Shown here piece after piece: positions 10,013 through 18,403 of a stretch of DNA of 64,000 nt. The stretch is from the NCBI GenBank assembly GCA_963767005.1, contig CAVYCN010000002.1, forward strand, positions 416,001 to 480,000, given 5' to 3'. The position numbers and the translations under genes were made by a program. The DNA comes from an uncultured Actinomycetes bacterium (GTDB taxonomy: Bacteria > Actinomycetota > Thermoleophilia > UBA2241). The notes below the pieces were generated by a model. It was not told the origin of the DNA and ran no database searches. It saw nothing but the letters and a program-made list of their open reading frames with translations. The first letter of the stretch is position 1. The number at the start of each line of letters is the position of its first letter.

Positions 10013-10828
10013 TCAGCCGTAGACGCCTCCGGCCGCCTCGATCAGCGCGTCGTAGCGCGTCTGCAACATCTCGAGGCGCATCGCGTCCTCGCAGGAGATC
10101 GCCTGGTAGAAGTCGCGCTTGTTCTTGAGCCACATGAGCTCGAAGCCGACGGCCTTGAGGATGCCGGCATCGGCGCCGCTGCAAAGCGCTGCGGGGCACT
10201 CGAAGATGACCTTGCGGGTCTCATAGCGGTCGAGGCAGCCATCGGGCAGGTCGCGCATGAACGGCAGCGAGGCGGCCGACACGCCGCCGCCCATGCCGCA
10301 GGCGAGGCCAGAACCCTTGGCCCGCGAGAACAGGTCGGCGGCCATGGTGAAGATCGCGGGCTCGTTGATGTCCTCGCGGCTCATGCCCAGGGAGCCGGTC
10401 ATGTCGACCCGGCCGAGCACGATGCCGTCGAGCTCGCCGATCTCGGGCAGGGCGAGCATGTCGGCGAACTTCTCATAGCCCGTGACGGTCTCGACGTTGA
10501 CGCAGAACTCGACGTCGGCGCGCTCGTCGTCGGGGAAGGCCAGGCGTACCGCGGCGAGGTACTTGCGCAGGGCGTGCGGCGACTCGACCATGGGCCCCAC
10601 AACGCGCTGCACGCCGATCACTCGCGCCTCGTACATGTCGCGCACGGCCTCGCAGCCGCCGATCTTGATGGTCAGCCCGAGGCCGGCCTGCGTCACGACC
10701 TCCTTGAGGCGCAGCGCCTCTTCGAGTCGCGTGCCCTCGGCCTCGAACTCGGCCTTCACACCGCTCACGTGGTGGTTCTCGCGCAGGTCGATGAGCGCGT
10801 CGACCATGCGGTGTTCGAGTGCGTTCAT
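10013..10828 (-). CDS. HpcH/HpaI aldolase / citrate lyase beta-like protein
   Basis: MNALEHRMVD...GVKAEFEAEG...IKIGGCEAVRD...GPMVES...NVET...IVLGRVD; ATG overlaps the TPP gene stop. Confidence 0.8.
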   Translation of the reverse strand: MNALEHRMVDALIDLRENHHVSGVKAEFEAEGTRLEEALRLKEVVTQAGLGLTIKIGGCEAVRDMYEARVIGVQRVVGPMVESPHALRKYLAAVRLAFPDDERADVEFCVNVETVTGYEKFADMLALPEIGELDGIVLGRVDMTGSLGMSREDINEPAIFTMAADLFSRAKGSGLACGMGGGVSAASLPFMRDLPDGCLDRYETRKVIFECPAALCSGADAGILKAVGFELMWLKNKRDFYQAISCEDAMRLEMLQTRYDALIEAAGGVYG

Positions 10829-12705
10829 GCGTCCCGCCCCTTTCGCTTCTGTGCCGTCCGCGCGGCCCCGCGAGCGGGCCGCCACTGCGGCACGAGCATG
10901 TTCTCGGCAAACTCGGCCCGCTCCATGAACGGCCACATGTCCTCGAGTGGCTTGGAGACGATGGTGCCGTCGGGCAGCTTCTCGGCCGCGACCTTGGGCG
11001 CGAACTGCTGGTCGGCCGCCATCACCACGTCGCAGAGTGCCGGGCCGTCGCCCGCGAGCGTCGCGGCGATCGCCTGCCCGAGGTCGTCGTGACGGTCGAC
11101 GCGTCGCGCCGGGATGCCGTAGGCGCCGGCCAGCGCGACCATGTCGGGCAGCGACAGGCCGCTGCCCGGCCCCTCGCCCACGCGGTGCCCGGCAAAGAGG
11201 TTGTCCTGCATCTGTCTGATCGACAGATAGCCGCCGTTGCCGAACACGAAGATCTTGACCGGCAGACGGTGGTGGACGATGGTCTGCAGCTCCTGCAGGT
11301 TCATCTGGATGCTGCCGTCGCCGGCCAGGCACACCACGCGCCGGCCGCCGGCCGCGAGGCAAGCGCCGATGGCGGCCGGCAGGTCGTAGCCCATGCCGGC
11401 CGTGCCCGAGTTGGCGATCAGACGCTGACCCCGTCGCACGCGCAGCGCCTGAAAGGCGACGACGCAGGCGGCGCCGTTGGCGCAGACCACGATGTCGTCG
11501 GGCTCGAGGGCGTCCGAAAGCTCGTCGACGAACACGTAGGCGTTGACCGGCGAGGAGCTCGCCCGGTACGAGGGCAGCACGACCGGATAGCGGGCGCGGC
11601 GCTCCCGGCACCAGGCCAGCCACGGTTCCCAGCTCGCCGGCCGTCGTGCGGGCCACTCCTCGCCGAGCGCCGTGCCGAGCTCTTCGAGGAAGAAGCGCGC
11701 GTCGCTGTGCACGGCGAGGTCGGGCGCCACCGTGGGTTTGCGCAGCTCGAGCGCGTCGACGTCGACGAGCGCGCGCCACGCGGCCCGCGCGAAGGCCTCG
11801 TGCTCGTAGCCGATCTGCCTGATGTTCAAGCGACAGCCGACGGAGAGCAGCAGGTCGGCGTTCTGCACGACGAAGTTGCCGGCCCGGTCGCCGACCGTCC
11901 CCGGCCGTCCCGCGTACAGGGGATGCTCCTCCCATAGCAGGTCGTGGGCGTTCCAGGCGGTCACGACCGGCGCCCCGAGGCTCTCCGCGACGGCGAGCAG
12001 CACGTCGGCCCCTCCCGCGCTGCGCACCCCGCTGCCGGCCAGCACCACCGGACGCTCCGCGCGGGCCAGACGGGCGACGAGCTCGTCGACCTGTCGCGAC
12101 ACGAGCGCGCGGTCGTAGGCGGCATCGGGGTCGAGCGCGGGCGGCGCCTTACGCCGCCCGCGCTCGATCGCGGCGTCGTCGACGTCGGCGCCCTGCACGT
12201 CGACCGGCACGTCGAGCCAGACCGGCCCGGGCCGGCCGCTCGTCATGAGCCGGATCGCGGCGTCCATGTGGGCGCCGATGCTCTCGGGCTCGCGCACGAG
12301 CGCGGCGTACTTGGTGATCGGCCGCACGATATCGACGATCGGGCCTTCCTGGTCGCCGAGCTGGCGCAGCGGCAGTCCGGACAGCGCGACGGTCGTGTCG
12401 GAGCGGACCTGACCCGACACGTAGAGCACCGGCACGGAGTCGTGCCATTGACCGAGCACGCCGGTCACGGCGTTGGTGCCGCCGGGGCCGCTCGTGACGC
12501 ATACCGCCGCCGGGCCGCCGCGCACGCGCGAGTAGCCTTCGGCGGCGATGGCGCAGGCCTGCTCGTGATGGTTGCACACCAGGGCCAGGTCGGCGCGCCG
12601 GCCGAGCGAGTCGTCGAGATGCATGGCGCCGCCACCCGTCACCAGGAAGACGTGCCCCACACCGAGGCCCGCCACGCGCTGCGCGACGTAGTCGGACAGC
12701 TTCAT
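10825..12705 (-). CDS. Thiamine diphosphate-dependent enzyme, YerE/acetolactate synthase-like
   Basis: MKLSDYVA, HHEQA, TSGPGGTN, MGYDLPAAIG, ThDP motif GDGSIQMNLQEL...NGGY. Confidence 0.9.
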   Translation of the reverse strand: MKLSDYVAQRVAGLGVGHVFLVTGGGAMHLDDSLGRRADLALVCNHHEQACAIAAEGYSRVRGGPAAVCVTSGPGGTNAVTGVLGQWHDSVPVLYVSGQVRSDTTVALSGLPLRQLGDQEGPIVDIVRPITKYAALVREPESIGAHMDAAIRLMTSGRPGPVWLDVPVDVQGADVDDAAIERGRRKAPPALDPDAAYDRALVSRQVDELVARLARAERPVVLAGSGVRSAGGADVLLAVAESLGAPVVTAWNAHDLLWEEHPLYAGRPGTVGDRAGNFVVQNADLLLSVGCRLNIRQIGYEHEAFARAAWRALVDVDALELRKPTVAPDLAVHSDARFFLEELGTALGEEWPARRPASWEPWLAWCRERRARYPVVLPSYRASSSPVNAYVFVDELSDALEPDDIVVCANGAACVVAFQALRVRRGQRLIANSGTAGMGYDLPAAIGACLAAGGRRVVCLAGDGSIQMNLQELQTIVHHRLPVKIFVFGNGGYLSIRQMQDNLFAGHRVGEGPGSGLSLPDMVALAGAYGIPARRVDRHDDLGQAIAATLAGDGPALCDVVMAADQQFAPKVAAEKLPDGTIVSKPLEDMWPFMERAEFAENMLVPQWRPARGAARTAQKRKGRDA

Positions 12706-12781
12706 CGCCGCCTGCTCACCTCGCTCCTGTCGGGCTCCGTCACGCCTCTGCCGCCTCCGCGGCCGGGTTCGCCGGTCCTCG

Positions 12782-13666
12782 TCATGGGTCGACCAGCAGC
12801 AGCGTCCGGTCGATGCTCGATCGGCGTTGCGCATACCAGTCGTAGAGCTCGGCCACGGCCTGTTCCATGGGCGGCGGCGCCAGGTCCGGCAGCTCGTCGC
12901 GCAGGCGCCGGCCGTCGCCGCTGTACTCCACGCCCAGGCCTTCGTTCGCGACGAGCACGGGCACGTCCTTCCCGCTCAGACGCACGACGAGGCGAGCCAG
13001 GTCGAGGAGGCGCCACGACTCGGAGGCCGAGACGTTGTAGGCGCCGTGGGCCGGATCGTGCGTGAAGAAGCGTTCGATCACCAGCGCGAGGTGGCGCACC
13101 GGCGTGTAGTCGAAGCGACGGTCCTGATGCAGGGTGACCGGCAGGTCGAGGAGCGTCTTGCAGATCGCGTTCGAGATGAACCTGATGGCGTAGTCCTCGT
13201 GGGGCCCGAACACGCCAAACGGCCGCAACTCGACCATGTCGAGTCGCGTCGCGGCGTAGGCCGCGCACAGGTACTTCGAGAAGCCGTGCTCGTCGCGCGG
13301 GACGTGCTCGCCGAACGCGGTCTCGGGCAGCCGCGGGCGGTAGTGACGCTCGTCGTAGACCGCCCCGGAGCTCACGAAGACGAGCCGCCGGTACCGGCCT
13401 CGGCAGCGCGCCAGGTTGGCGAACATGCGCACGTTGCGCTCGAGCTGACCGCTCGGGTCGGCGGCGTGACGATGGCCCGGACGCACGGCGCAGTGCACCA
13501 CGACCTCGACGGCGTGGGTATCGAGGTACGCCTCGACCCGCTCCTCGTCGAGCAGCTCGAGCTCGCCGTGTGGCGGCGCGAGCAGCTCCCAGCGCGCGCC
13601 GAGCTCCTCGACCAGGTTGCGGCCGATGAAGCCGGCGCCGCCGGTGATCAGCACCGCGCCGCTCAC
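12782..13666 (-). CDS. NAD-dependent epimerase/reductase (extended SDR), candidate YerF-like ketoreductase
   Basis: VLITGGAGFIG, VSSGAVY, HGFSK at the YxxxK position, LRPFGVFGP; GTG overlaps the upstream stop. Confidence 0.85.
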   Translation of the reverse strand: MSGAVLITGGAGFIGRNLVEELGARWELLAPPHGELELLDEERVEAYLDTHAVEVVVHCAVRPGHRHAADPSGQLERNVRMFANLARCRGRYRRLVFVSSGAVYDERHYRPRLPETAFGEHVPRDEHGFSKYLCAAYAATRLDMVELRPFGVFGPHEDYAIRFISNAICKTLLDLPVTLHQDRRFDYTPVRHLALVIERFFTHDPAHGAYNVSASESWRLLDLARLVVRLSGKDVPVLVANEGLGVEYSGDGRRLRDELPDLAPPPMEQAVAELYDWYAQRRSSIDRTLLLVDP

Positions 13667-15357
13667 GACCGGCTCCCAGCGGCCGCGAACGCCCCACCGG
13701 GGACCCGTCGAAACACGACGTACTGGGGCCGCACGAGCACCACCCGGCAGTCGAGACCTGCGCTGAAGCGAGCGCGCAGCGTCGCGTCGGTGAGGCCGGC
13801 GGTGCCCACCAGGCGGATGACGACGTCGGGCAGGACGTGCGTACGGGCGTAGTAGGCGAGCGTCGCCGGCGGCAGTGCCCCGGGGTCGTCGTTGACGTCG
13901 AGCCCCTGCGCGCTCGAGATCCAGACCGAGTTGGTGGCCACGCCGTGCGGCCAGAACAAGTAGAAGGCGGGCGCCTGATAGAACACGAGCAGGCGGTCCG
14001 TGGGGCGCGTCAGGCGGGCGAGGTCGCCGCGCAGCTGCGCGAGGTACGCCGCTCGCTCGGGCGTCGCCCGCACGCCGGCGTACGGGCCGCTGTGGATCGT
14101 GGCGGTGAGATGCGACAGAGGCACGGCACGCGGCAGGAACTGATACTCGTAGACGACGGTGACGGCGAGCATGCCGGCCAGGCAGGCGACACCGAGGGCG
14201 GGCAGGGCGCGGCGCAGCCGCGCCGGCTCGCCCTCGCGCGGCGAGAGCGAGAGCGCCAGGAACACGCCGGAGAGCACGACCGCCGGCAGCAGCCCCACGT
14301 CCATCTGCAGCCAGCCCGAGGCGCTCGTGTAGCCCGACACGAGGCCGGCGGCAAGCGACGGCAGGTACCCCCAGAGCAGGAGGGTGGTCACGAGCGCGCG
14401 ACGCTCGGCCGGCGCGAAGAGGGCGAAGTACGGCGCCGCGAGCCCGTAGATCACGGCGAAGCCGTCGCCGCCCGACACGAGCTGCTCGCCGAAGGGCAGC
14501 AGCGCGAGCGGTGCCGCGACGAGGGCGAGGCGGGCAAGCGGCAGGCGCCGGTAGGCCACCCACAGCGCGAGGGCCGCGACCACAACGAGCGGGTACAGCT
14601 CGAGATGGCCGGCGGCGCCGTCGACCACACCCCAGAGCTTCGCCGGGCCTCCGCCCGAGTTCAGGCGGCCCCAGTCCGCGAGCTGGTAGCGCAGGCAGCG
14701 CAGTACGTTGCTCACGCCGAAGAGGGCGAGCAGGAGCGCCTCGCCGGCCAGCGTGACCGCGGCGCCCAGGACGAAGGCGACGAGGCTGCGCCGGCGGCTA
14801 CCGCGAGCGGCGGCCGCCGCGAGACAGGCGGCGCTCACCGGCAGTACGGCGACGAGCGACGGGTAGGCGAGGACCGCGAGCGCCTGGGCGGCACCGGCGC
14901 CGGCGAGGCTGCGCCGGCCGGCGCCGCCCGTGAGCGCGCGGGTCCCGAGGGCCATGGCGATCACGAGAAGGCCAGCGCCGATCGTGTTGTAGGTGAGGTC
15001 GCTGGTCGTCGCGATCACGAACGTCGAGCACACGAGCGCGGCCAGCAGCGCGTGCTCCCAGCGCACGACCCGGCGCAGGGCGCTCCAGACGACGCTCGCG
15101 ACGACGAGCGTCCAGGCAAGGTACAGGTGACGCATGAACAGCACGATGCCGGTCGAGCCGCGCAGCGCCACGTACAGCTTGACGAAGGGGTACGAGAAGA
15201 ACCCCACGGTCTGCAGGATGTTCATCTCGTCGACGAAGGGCCGTGCACCGAGCGCGAAGCGGTAGGGCACCGCGACCGCGAAGCCCTCGTCGGTCAGGTC
15301 GACGCCCAGAAACAGGCGGCGCCAGGCGAAAACGAGCGCGATCGCGGCCAGGGCCAC
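13663..15357 (-). CDS. Polytopic membrane protein, probable GT-C (ArnT/PMT-like) glycosyltransferase
   Basis: GVDLTDEG acidic motif after TM1, about 12 TM segments, extracytoplasmic C-terminal domain. Start may extend to 15432. Confidence 0.7.
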   Translation of the reverse strand: MALAAIALVFAWRRLFLGVDLTDEGFAVAVPYRFALGARPFVDEMNILQTVGFFSYPFVKLYVALRGSTGIVLFMRHLYLAWTLVVASVVWSALRRVVRWEHALLAALVCSTFVIATTSDLTYNTIGAGLLVIAMALGTRALTGGAGRRSLAGAGAAQALAVLAYPSLVAVLPVSAACLAAAAARGSRRRSLVAFVLGAAVTLAGEALLLALFGVSNVLRCLRYQLADWGRLNSGGGPAKLWGVVDGAAGHLELYPLVVVAALALWVAYRRLPLARLALVAAPLALLPFGEQLVSGGDGFAVIYGLAAPYFALFAPAERRALVTTLLLWGYLPSLAAGLVSGYTSASGWLQMDVGLLPAVVLSGVFLALSLSPREGEPARLRRALPALGVACLAGMLAVTVVYEYQFLPRAVPLSHLTATIHSGPYAGVRATPERAAYLAQLRGDLARLTRPTDRLLVFYQAPAFYLFWPHGVATNSVWISSAQGLDVNDDPGALPPATLAYYARTHVLPDVVIRLVGTAGLTDATLRARFSAGLDCRVVLVRPQYVVFRRVPGGAFAAAGSRS

Positions 15358-15421
15358 GGTGACCGTGGCCAGCAGCGGCGGCGCCGCGCGCCGCCGGCGT
15401 CGCGCGAGCAGATCGCCGGCC

Positions 15422-16354
15422 TCAGTCGAAATTGATGCGCTCCTTCTCGACGACGAGCGGGCGATGGTAGACCTGCGTGTGGATGGCGCCGATGTACTCG
15501 CCCACGATGCCGATGAACAGCAGCTGCACCGCGCCGAAGAAGTAGATGCCGATCAGCACGGGCGCCAGGCCGAAGTCGAAGGTGTCCCAGAAGACGAGCT
15601 TCATGACGAGGTAGATGACCGAGATGCCCATCGCCAGGACGGCCATGAGAAAGCCGGCCATCGTGGCCAGGCGTAGCGGCACCTTGGAGTGGTTCGTGAT
15701 GCCGAGCATGGCGAGGTCCCAGAGTGTGTAGCGGTTGTTCTTGGTCAGGCCGTGTTTGCGGGCCGGCTGGTAGTAGCTGATCTCGGCGCGCTCGTAGCCC
15801 AGGTCGCAGATCATGCCGCGGAAGTACGGGTAGGGGTCGTCGATCTCGCGGACCTTGTCCATGACCTCGCGGTCGTACAGGCCGAAGCCGGTGAAGTTGC
15901 GCACGAGGGGCACATCGGACAGCCGTTCGATCACCGAGTAGTAGGCGGCCCGGATCCAGCGCATGGGCGGGCGCTCCTCGCTCGCCGCTCGCACGCCGAC
16001 GACGACCTTGTAGCCCTCCTCCCAGCGTTGCACGAACTCGGCGATGAGCTCGGGTGGGTCCTGCAGGTCGGCAACGATGTAGATGACGGCCTCGCCGCGT
16101 GCCTCCAGCATGGCGTGGTGGGGCGAGCGCAGGTGGCCGAAGTTGCGCGTGTTGACGATGACGCGCACGCGGGGGTCGGCCGCGGCCAGCTCACGCAGCG
16201 CGGCGACGGTGCCGTCGGTGGAGGCGTTGTCGATGAACAGGTGCTCGTACGTGTAGCCGGGCAGCCCTTCGACGACCGCGCGCACTCGCTCGTAGAGCTC
16301 GCGCACGTTGTCCTCTTCGTTGTAGCAACCCGTGACCACGGAGATGAACGGCAT
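15422..16354 (-). CDS. GT2 polyprenyl-phosphate glycosyltransferase (GtrB/ArnC-like)
   Basis: SVVTGCYNEEDNV, DNASTDGT, RNFGH, ADLQDPPE, two C-terminal TM helices, GEYIGAI...RPLVVEKERINF. Confidence 0.92.
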   Translation of the reverse strand: MPFISVVTGCYNEEDNVRELYERVRAVVEGLPGYTYEHLFIDNASTDGTVAALRELAAADPRVRVIVNTRNFGHLRSPHHAMLEARGEAVIYIVADLQDPPELIAEFVQRWEEGYKVVVGVRAASEERPPMRWIRAAYYSVIERLSDVPLVRNFTGFGLYDREVMDKVREIDDPYPYFRGMICDLGYERAEISYYQPARKHGLTKNNRYTLWDLAMLGITNHSKVPLRLATMAGFLMAVLAMGISVIYLVMKLVFWDTFDFGLAPVLIGIYFFGAVQLLFIGIVGEYIGAIHTQVYHRPLVVEKERINFD

Positions 16355-16395
16355 GGGCGGCAGTCCTTTGTGACGCTTGGCGACGTACTGTTGCC

Positions 16396-16423
16396 TTATC
16401 GGCTTACACCGGCCGTTCCGTTA
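16396..16423 (-). promoter_or_regulatory. Internal sigma28/WhiG-type promoter upstream of the GT2 gene
   Basis: Minus strand TAAC-N16-GCCGATAA (perfect -10) in the GtrA-GT2 gap. Confidence 0.75.
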
Positions 16424-16449
16424 GACGTCGGCGCCCTCCCCGGAGGCCG

Positions 16450-16887
16450 CTACCGTGCCGGCGCGAAGCTGAAGTACTTGTTGGCGACGTAGGTGCTGAC
16501 CACGACCGCCACAGTGAAGGCCGCCTGGATCAGGTACACGCTGAACGGCAGGGTGCGCAGGGCCACGGGCAGCACGATCAGGTTCACGACGAGCACGGCC
16601 GCGTAGACCACGAGGAAGCGCGGCACCTCGCGCCGCACCGGGCCGTGGCTGCGGAACACGATGGTGCGGTAGAGCACGTAGTTGTTGATCACCCCAACGA
16701 CGGTCGAGGCGACCAGGGCGGTCATCGAGCCGCTCACCCGGGCCATGCCGGCGGTGTCGTGCAGGAGGTGGTAGAAGAGTGCGAAGGCGCCGTAGCCGAA
16801 CAGCGTGTTCCAGCCCCCCACCACCACATACAGGACCTGCTCGCGGCGACGCACGAGGGTCTCGCGGGCGCCCGCCCAGCCGATCAT
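16450..16887 (-). CDS. GtrA-family lipid-linked sugar flippase
   Basis: YVVVGGWNTLFGYG, NNYVLYRTIVFRS, RFLVVY, YVANKYFSF; four TM segments. Confidence 0.85.
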   Translation of the reverse strand: MIGWAGARETLVRRREQVLYVVVGGWNTLFGYGAFALFYHLLHDTAGMARVSGSMTALVASTVVGVINNYVLYRTIVFRSHGPVRREVPRFLVVYAAVLVVNLIVLPVALRTLPFSVYLIQAAFTVAVVVSTYVANKYFSFAPAR

Positions 16888-16894
16888 CAGCGCC

Positions 16895-18403
16895 TCACTC
16901 GGACACGCTGCCCGCAGCCACGGAGGCCCGGGCGTCGGCGGACGCCGGTGCGCCCGAGGCGACATCGCCCGCAGGCTCGCCGAGCCGCACGCTCACGAGC
17001 AGCAGCAGCTGCAGCACGACGAGGAGCGTGTACTTGCTCCCTTGCAGCGAGGCCGAGATCAGGAGCGTCGATCGGGCCAGCAGCATCATGGTGAGCGACA
17101 GGGTGGCAAACAGCACGACCCAGGTCGTGCCGGGTCCGCGCCGCGCCGTCGCCAGCGTGGTCGCAAGCACGGCGATCGGCAGGACGCACAGGACGAGCTT
17201 GTAGTCGTTGCTGACGGTCGGCACGATCGCCATCATCGGCACGCAGGCGGCGCCGAGCAGCACGGCGCCGCGCTCGCTCCACCCGCGGCGCACGACCGCG
17301 ACGACGGTGGCGAGCCACAGGGCGGACGGCGCCGCGATGAGCGGCCAGAAGATCCAGGTGGGCGCCCAGCTCGTATGGTCGCGCAGCACGTAGGCCGTGG
17401 CGGTCGCGGAGTCCTGGCCCCACCACTCCTGCGTGCTGCTCGTGCTCAGGGCCCGCAGCGTCGTGAATGCGTGCAGCATGTTGGCCGGCCCGGCGACGAG
17501 CAGCACGACCGCGGTGGTCACGGCCACGGGCAGAAGCGCCTTCAAGCGGTAGCGCCAGAGCAGCACGACCACGAGGATCGCCGGGTAGAGCTTGAGGCCG
17601 GTGGCGAGGGCGAGGGCGGCGGCCGCCGGCCAGGGCGAGCGCGTGCCGCGCACCGTGAGCCAGAGGGCGAGCAACGAGAAGGCCAGCGCGTAGAGGTCGA
17701 TGTTGCCGCGGTCGACCTCGTAGAAGAAGCCGTACGAGGTGAGCAGCCACAGGCCGGAGACGGCCGCCACCATCGTCGTCTCGAGGGGCCGCCCGGCGCG
17801 CGCCGCAGACCTCTCCCCCACCGCGCGCATCGCAAGGTGGGCGGACAGCAGCGTGGCGCCGAGCGCCAGCGCGACGAGGATGACCACCTGCACGTGATAG
17901 CCGGCGGTCAGGCTCAGCAGCGTGAACGGCTTGCCCAGGTAGAGCGACAGCGGCGGCCAGGCGCTGTGCACGGTCGTGAAGGCGCGCGCCGGGTCGTACA
18001 GTCCGTCGCGAAAATCGACGCCGGCCGGGTGTGCGCGCGGCACGAGCAGGGTCCACACGCCGCGGCCGAACTTGAGCGAGTAGACGCAGATGTTCCAGCC
18101 GACGCCGGCCAGGGCGACGACGCCGAGCCAGACGACGGCGTTGGTGCGCTCGCCGCCGACCTCGAGGGCGGCGAGCGCCGCGACCAGACCGGCGACCGCG
18201 ACCGGCACCATGAAGCCCAGGCGCGGCACGACGACGAAGTAACCGCCGCCCCGGGCGAGCACGACCGCGATCTCGAGGGCACCGAGCGCCCCGAGCAGCA
18301 GACCCACCCAGGCGCCGGTGCGATGCAGCGCCGAATCGCCCGACGACTGCCGCGTCGTGGGCAACCGTCCGGCCACCCGCGTTCCTCCGGCGTCGCCACT
18401 CAT
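16895..18403 (-). CDS. GT87/DUF2029-like GT-C glycosyltransferase
   Basis: GVDFRDGLY, AWPP, VDRGNID, GLKLYP; multiple TM segments; ATG overlaps the rfbH stop. Confidence 0.8.
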   Translation of the reverse strand: MSGDAGGTRVAGRLPTTRQSSGDSALHRTGAWVGLLLGALGALEIAVVLARGGGYFVVVPRLGFMVPVAVAGLVAALAALEVGGERTNAVVWLGVVALAGVGWNICVYSLKFGRGVWTLLVPRAHPAGVDFRDGLYDPARAFTTVHSAWPPLSLYLGKPFTLLSLTAGYHVQVVILVALALGATLLSAHLAMRAVGERSAARAGRPLETTMVAAVSGLWLLTSYGFFYEVDRGNIDLYALAFSLLALWLTVRGTRSPWPAAAALALATGLKLYPAILVVVLLWRYRLKALLPVAVTTAVVLLVAGPANMLHAFTTLRALSTSSTQEWWGQDSATATAYVLRDHTSWAPTWIFWPLIAAPSALWLATVVAVVRRGWSERGAVLLGAACVPMMAIVPTVSNDYKLVLCVLPIAVLATTLATARRGPGTTWVVLFATLSLTMMLLARSTLLISASLQGSKYTLLVVLQLLLLVSVRLGEPAGDVASGAPASADARASVAAGSVSE

